A stretch of 51,036 nucleotides of DNA from a virus: IMG/VR virus record IMGVR_UViG_3300029775_000002, positions 1 through 51,036 of that record, one strand, 5' to 3'. Below, piece by piece: positions 46,312-51,036 of this stretch. The notes under the pieces are model-generated. The model saw only the letters and a list, made by a program, of their open reading frames with translations. It had not been told where the DNA came from and searched no databases. Each line of letters starts with the position of its first letter. The stretch's first letter is position 1. A program made the position numbers and the translations under genes.

Positions 46312-46566
46312 ATGTCAAAATCACCAACATTAGCTTTAATCTTGTCCATAGTCCCAGGCTTAGGCCACGTCTACGCTATGGGTACAGCAGGAATCCCAAG
46401 AGCACTTGTGTTCTTGGGTAGTATAGGTATCTCAATCTGGTTCTGCCTTATCCTCATAGGGTTCATCATGGTTCCTATCCTGTGGATCTGGTGTGCTGTT
46501 GATGCAATGGGTATGGCAGCTAGAGCAAACCAGGGACTAAATAAAAATACTACTTTTGGAGTGTGA
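46312..46566 (+). CDS. TM2-domain-like small membrane protein
   Basis: KSPTLALILSIVPGLGHVY…W.W..VDA pattern. Confidence 0.7.
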   Translation: MSKSPTLALILSIVPGLGHVYAMGTAGIPRALVFLGSIGISIWFCLILIGFIMVPILWIWCAVDAMGMAARANQGLNKNTTFGV

Positions 46567-46631
46567 ATTATTTTTTTTCTAAAATTCAGTTAACACCGTT
46601 AACACTATTACATTTAAAATTAATATATCAA

Positions 46632-47114
46632 ATGGGAATTCCTATGACTACAATCAAGAAAAAAACGAAGAAAAAAAGGGTAAAACCTCCACGAAATCCC
46701 GAAGTTTTCAGATGGACTCCGCAACGCAAAAAAGCTGCATTATTATTATCAATCGGCACTAAAAATTATGAAGAAGTAGCTGCAGAGGTTCGGGTCCACA
46801 TCTCAACCCTCTGGGAATGGCGGAAAAATCCAATCTTCCTCAAGGAAGTCGACGGGCTCACCCTCGAAAACGAATTGGCAACCAGGGCAGGCCTTCTCCG
46901 GGAATGCATCAAAGGCCTTGACCTGAAACGAGACAAAATTGAAAATGACAAGAACACTCATCTCCATTACGTCCAGGCAATAGCTGACCTCCAGGGTCTG
47001 ACAAAACAAAAGGTCGAACTTGATGCTAATATGAACCACACCGGCGGAGGCGCAGTAACGATATACATTCCAGACAACGGGCGGGATAAAAAACAAGATG
47101 ACGAACAAGAATAG
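46632..47114 (+). CDS. terS: Terminase small subunit (HTH)
   Basis: KAALLLSIG…EEVAAEVRVHISTLWEWRKNP.F HTH, C-terminal …IYIPDNGR; overlaps the terL start. Confidence 0.7.
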   Translation: MGIPMTTIKKKTKKKRVKPPRNPEVFRWTPQRKKAALLLSIGTKNYEEVAAEVRVHISTLWEWRKNPIFLKEVDGLTLENELATRAGLLRECIKGLDLKRDKIENDKNTHLHYVQAIADLQGLTKQKVELDANMNHTGGGAVTIYIPDNGRDKKQDDEQE

Positions 47115-48522
47115 TCCTGATAAGGAGATCCGTCCTCAACCAGGACCCCAAGAATTTTTTCTTTCTTCTCCGGCTGACATTATCATATATGGCGGGAGTG
47201 CGGGCTCTGGAAAATCTTTTGTACTTCTTATCGAGCCTCTCAGACATATACACGTAAAAGGATTCACAGCTAATATTTTCAGAAGGACATATCCTCAGAT
47301 CATGAACGAAGGTGGCCTGTGGTCCACATCTCAGGAAATCTATCCTTACGTTGGAGGAAAGCCCAGGGAAGCAGATGTGCGCTGGAAATTCCCTTCCGGA
47401 AACTCTATCAAATTCGCTCACCTCGAGCATGAGAAATCAAAACTGGAATACCAAGGCTCTCAGATCTGCTATATTGGTTTTGACGAATTAACACATTTCA
47501 GCGAAGGCCAATTTTTCTATCTTCTCTCCAGGAACCGTTCAACCTGTGGGGTCAAACCTTACGTTAGAGCAACCTGCAACCCGGACCCGGATAGTTGGGT
47601 AGCTCAGTTTATTGCATGGTGGATAAATCAGGACACAGGCTATCCAATCCCTGAACGCTCCGGTGTAATCCGTTATTTTGTTCGCCATGGTGACGCTATC
47701 TATTGGGGTGATAGTACCACGGAACTATGGGAACAGGTACAAGACAGAATGACCATAGAAGACTTTCATCCCACTTCATTCACTTTCATTTCTGCAAGGC
47801 TTGAAGACAACCCAGCACTCACAAGCAAAGACCCAGGATATAGAGGTAGGCTTCTTTCTCTCCCTCTAGTGGACCGCGAAAGACTTCTAGGCGGCAACTG
47901 GAAAATAAGAGCAAGTGCCGGGAATATGTTTAAGTCGGAATGGTTCAAGTTTCTCGAAGCTAGGGAAATACCCTGTAATCCTCAAGACTTGAAGAAAGTC
48001 CGATGGTGGGATACAGCAGCCACAGAACCAAATAAAGATAATCCTAATCCCGATTGGACGATAGGCGTACTCATGGGTGAGCACAAAGGCGAGTATTTCA
48101 TTCTCGATGTTCAACGTTTTAGGAAGAGTCCGGCAGCCACAGAAGAGGCTATGAGAACAACGGCAGAAATGGACGGTAAAACTGTAGAAATCGGAATGGA
48201 GCAAGAGCCAGGGAGCGCAGGGAAGCGAGAGGCTGAACGTTTTAAGCGGTCCATATTCGCGGGATATTCTTTCCGGGCAGAACTTTCAACAGGGGATAAA
48301 GTTACAAGGGCTAAACCCTTCTCTTCTGCTTGTGAAAATGGATTAGTCCATTTAGTCAGAGGTTCTTGGAATTATGATTTTATTTCTACTCTTGTTAATT
48401 TCCCTGATGCTCAGTATCACGATGATGATGTAGACGCAGCGAGTGCAGCACATAGTTATCTATCTAGGAAGATAAACAGTAATTTTAGTCTTTCTGGATT
48501 GGTAAGGACAAAAAGGCGATAA
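47098..48522 (+). CDS. terL: Terminase large subunit
   Basis: YGGSAGSGKS Walker A, IGFDELTHF Walker B, ATCNP, WWDTAAT RNase-H domain, HDDDVDA. Confidence 0.95.
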   Translation: MTNKNSPDKEIRPQPGPQEFFLSSPADIIIYGGSAGSGKSFVLLIEPLRHIHVKGFTANIFRRTYPQIMNEGGLWSTSQEIYPYVGGKPREADVRWKFPSGNSIKFAHLEHEKSKLEYQGSQICYIGFDELTHFSEGQFFYLLSRNRSTCGVKPYVRATCNPDPDSWVAQFIAWWINQDTGYPIPERSGVIRYFVRHGDAIYWGDSTTELWEQVQDRMTIEDFHPTSFTFISARLEDNPALTSKDPGYRGRLLSLPLVDRERLLGGNWKIRASAGNMFKSEWFKFLEAREIPCNPQDLKKVRWWDTAATEPNKDNPNPDWTIGVLMGEHKGEYFILDVQRFRKSPAATEEAMRTTAEMDGKTVEIGMEQEPGSAGKREAERFKRSIFAGYSFRAELSTGDKVTRAKPFSSACENGLVHLVRGSWNYDFISTLVNFPDAQYHDDDVDAASAAHSYLSRKINSNFSLSGLVRTKRR

Positions 48523-48523
48523 C

Positions 48524-48883
48524 ATGGACGAATACAAAGATCTAAAATCAATAATCGACGAAGCAACTGGAGTACACAAAGACGCAACTAGAGACAGACC
48601 GTACGACGGACAACCACATACTTCCGAAGGGATACGAGGGAAAACCTTAGTCGAAGGTCTTACCATGCGAGATGTAGCTGACTGTATGGCCATTGGATTA
48701 CTCGAAGCATCCGGTATACCAGAATTACAGGACGCAGCAGAAAGAGGAATATGGACATACAACGACCTGTATAAGCTCGAAGATTTTGATCCTGTTGCAG
48801 CCATTCAATGTATGGGGTGCAACCTCGAAAAGATGATGGGGATTTATCCAAACGCTCCGAAATTGCACTTTGAAGATAAATAA
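48524..48883 (+). CDS. Hypothetical protein
   Basis: 119-aa ORF after terL. Confidence 0.6.
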   Translation: MDEYKDLKSIIDEATGVHKDATRDRPYDGQPHTSEGIRGKTLVEGLTMRDVADCMAIGLLEASGIPELQDAAERGIWTYNDLYKLEDFDPVAAIQCMGCNLEKMMGIYPNAPKLHFEDK

Positions 48884-48989
48884 TTCATTTTTTTCTTATT
48901 TTTTCCAATAAATACCACACATTTTTATACAAAAACCCCCATATTTCTATTGTTAACGGCGTGAACAACTAAAAGAAGGCGGTCATCTT

Positions 48990-49310
48990 ATGGACTTCAT
49001 AGCTCTCCAAGAATCTATCTATTTTATCTCAGGCATTCTCGCGGCTGTAGCAGGCGCATATGGCACGATGAAAACACAGGGTAAGGTAATCTATCCTATC
49101 CAAAAAATTGAATCAGGAAAAGCCCGGATAAAAGCTCTCATCGAACAACAGGATGCAGCCGGGCAGGTCATTGACATACTTGATAACATTTCTCCCGCAG
49201 AATTGAACGCAATTCTTGAGAAAGCGAAGGTTCTGTCTGATGATGGATTCAGCGCAGCCGAAGCGCAGGAATTAGGCGTTATGATTGTGACAGCAGTTAA
49301 GGAAAAGTGA
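48990..49310 (+). CDS. Hypothetical protein with N-terminal TM helix (holin-like, tentative)
   Basis: IYFISGILAAVAGAYG hydrophobic helix; precedes the portal gene. Confidence 0.45.
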   Translation: MDFIALQESIYFISGILAAVAGAYGTMKTQGKVIYPIQKIESGKARIKALIEQQDAAGQVIDILDNISPAELNAILEKAKVLSDDGFSAAEAQELGVMIVTAVKEK

Positions 49311-49314
49311 ATGC

Positions 49315-50553
49315 ATGCCTGAGTTGAACGCCGCGGCTCCTGTTAAGAAAAGCTCGTTTCGACTAGCAGCAGCAGCCGGCGTATTAGGAAAAAAAGAAAA
49401 CCCGACGAATTTCGGGGATTACACGAATTTTGATACTTCTAACAGATTTTTCAGATATCAGCAGCTCGTTAAGTCAACTCCCTATGCTTCTATCGGAATG
49501 AAAAAACTCAAGACTTCGCTAACGAAAGGGCTCGATTTCGATGGCAAGAGCAGGCGACAAGTTGACGAATTCCGCAAGTGGATGAAAAAAACTAATCTAG
49601 TCGGACAAGTTCAAAATATCGCAGGCTCACTTTTCCGAGATGGGACTTTTTGCGGGGTATTAAACGGCAATAATCCTGACACTCTCAAGCTTCAGCCTCT
49701 TTTAATGGCACATACTACGCTTCTTCCCGAAGGCATAGAGCATGGAAAAGCCTCTAAGGTACTTTTACAGCCTCCTATTAAGGAGTTCGTTGTTAATGAG
49801 GGAAGCACAGGGGACGTTCAGGAAGTCACGTATAAGGCTCAGGATGTAGTTTATGGGGCTTTGGATGAATGGGACTCAATCCAATTAGATATTAGAGAAC
49901 GTGAAACATGCGGGCTTTATGGTGAGAGCCTAATTGATCCTATTGAACTTTCTATAAGATATCTCCATGTCATAAATCAAGGATACGTGGAGTTCGTTAA
50001 AAAATACGGTATGGGGAGATACAGTTACTCTTTCCCTATTTTAGAAAAATTACTCGAATCCAATATTATAGATTTCAATGTTTTTCAAACAGAAATTAAT
50101 GACTGGATGGAAGATAACAAGAACCTTTCACAAAATGAAGATCTCGTCGGCATCGTAAAAGCGGAAGCCATCGATGCTAAAGGCTCTTTAGATATAATGG
50201 AATTCAAAAAAGCCTTAGAGACTGACATCCAGCTTGGTTTCTTACAAAGTGACTTATCAATGGGCGACTCGAAAGGGTCAACTTATGCAGCCGGTTACGT
50301 TTCTGAAAATAGCAGGATGGTCGCTCTCGAAAATCTACAGCTCAATCTTTCTAATATTGTTAACGATTTCATTAACAGACGGCTCGTTTTGCAAAATAAA
50401 TCTGAAGATTCAGTGGAAATAATCTTCGATGAATTAAGCCTCCCTCAGATGTCGGCAGCCGAGATAACTGAATGGTATGCGACGGGGATTATTACGAAGG
50501 AGCAGGCTTTAGAGTGGGGCGGGTTTCCAGTTTTAGAATCAGGCGGTGAGTAA
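49315..50553 (+). CDS. Portal protein
   Basis: 412 aa after terL; helical pattern with LYGES.IDPI clip-region motif. Confidence 0.8.
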   Translation: MPELNAAAPVKKSSFRLAAAAGVLGKKENPTNFGDYTNFDTSNRFFRYQQLVKSTPYASIGMKKLKTSLTKGLDFDGKSRRQVDEFRKWMKKTNLVGQVQNIAGSLFRDGTFCGVLNGNNPDTLKLQPLLMAHTTLLPEGIEHGKASKVLLQPPIKEFVVNEGSTGDVQEVTYKAQDVVYGALDEWDSIQLDIRERETCGLYGESLIDPIELSIRYLHVINQGYVEFVKKYGMGRYSYSFPILEKLLESNIIDFNVFQTEINDWMEDNKNLSQNEDLVGIVKAEAIDAKGSLDIMEFKKALETDIQLGFLQSDLSMGDSKGSTYAAGYVSENSRMVALENLQLNLSNIVNDFINRRLVLQNKSEDSVEIIFDELSLPQMSAAEITEWYATGIITKEQALEWGGFPVLESGGE

Positions 50554-50555
50554 AA

Positions 50556-50933
50556 TTGAATTCAATAGTTCCAGCAGCAAATTACACTTTCGACGCGAGT
50601 GAAAAAACAATCACTCTATCAAGTCCATACAATTTGATGACGGAAGAACAAATCGTCACAATTCGGAACATCACGAAAAACCAGCTTATTTATGATTCTG
50701 CCAATACCAACAGGGGGCAGATATCAATAACAAACGGTACAACATCAGTAAACATCAGGCATGGTTTCCACAAGACCCCATCATCGATCCAAATTACTCC
50801 AACAAGTTCATTGGGCACTGCCTCATCAATATGGGTCTCGTCCAAAGATACAGGTACAGGAAATTTATTTACTGTTTCTACCAATGTTGATCCTGGGCAG
50901 GATGTTACATTTGATTGGCAGGCTACATTGTGA
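50556..50933 (+). CDS. Small fibre- or decoration-like structural protein
   Basis: YTFDAS.KTITL N-terminus; C-terminal GQISI…V.I.HG…TP…F.WQA fibre-tip-like domain. Confidence 0.45.
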   Translation: MNSIVPAANYTFDASEKTITLSSPYNLMTEEQIVTIRNITKNQLIYDSANTNRGQISITNGTTSVNIRHGFHKTPSSIQITPTSSLGTASSIWVSSKDTGTGNLFTVSTNVDPGQDVTFDWQATL

Positions 50934-51036
50934 GGTTCTAAATGCAAAAAATAGACGTATTTCGCACAGCAGATAAAAAATCTTTCCAGCTTGCAGATGG
51001 TGGTATATTTGGGTTTCAAACAGATACAAACTACAC

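Noticed and set aside
50942-51036. ORF running off the right end
   Set aside because: Incomplete; an exact circular join gives only a 35-aa product in this frame, so it is not called

Overview
The window appears to be an essentially complete, circularly permuted ~51-kb genome of a head-tail (HK97-fold capsid, long non-contractile tail) archaeal virus. The host is most likely Methanosarcina/Methanosarcinaceae, judging from a DUF1699 gene, disaggregatase-like beta-helix proteins, a tRNA-Gln with an A1-U72 pair and many RHH regulators. A full morphogenesis set is recognisable: TerS, TerL and portal at the right end; MuF/gp7 at the left end; protease-scaffold, decoration, MCP, neck, tail tube, frameshifted chaperones, tape measure and tail-tip proteins at 20.8-38 kb. 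A ~20-kb block splits the head module. It carries a short tyrosine recombinase, a C5-methyltransferase-like gene, a perfect 48-bp palindrome, a VirB2/VirB6/VirB3/VirB4-like secretion or conjugation operon with no recognisable relaxase or coupling protein, iteron-like repeats and an operon-embedded IS200 TnpA. Other notable elements are three paralogous disaggregatase-like beta-helix proteins, a divergent RHH switch with a dispersed operator, a tRNA-Gln followed by a 157-nt tRNA-like RNA with a very large insertion, one intact TnpB element and several orphan IS200/605 ends. No replicative helicase, primase or polymerase, CRISPR array or reverse transcriptase was recognised. All family assignments come from motifs, gene order and recall; no database searches were run.
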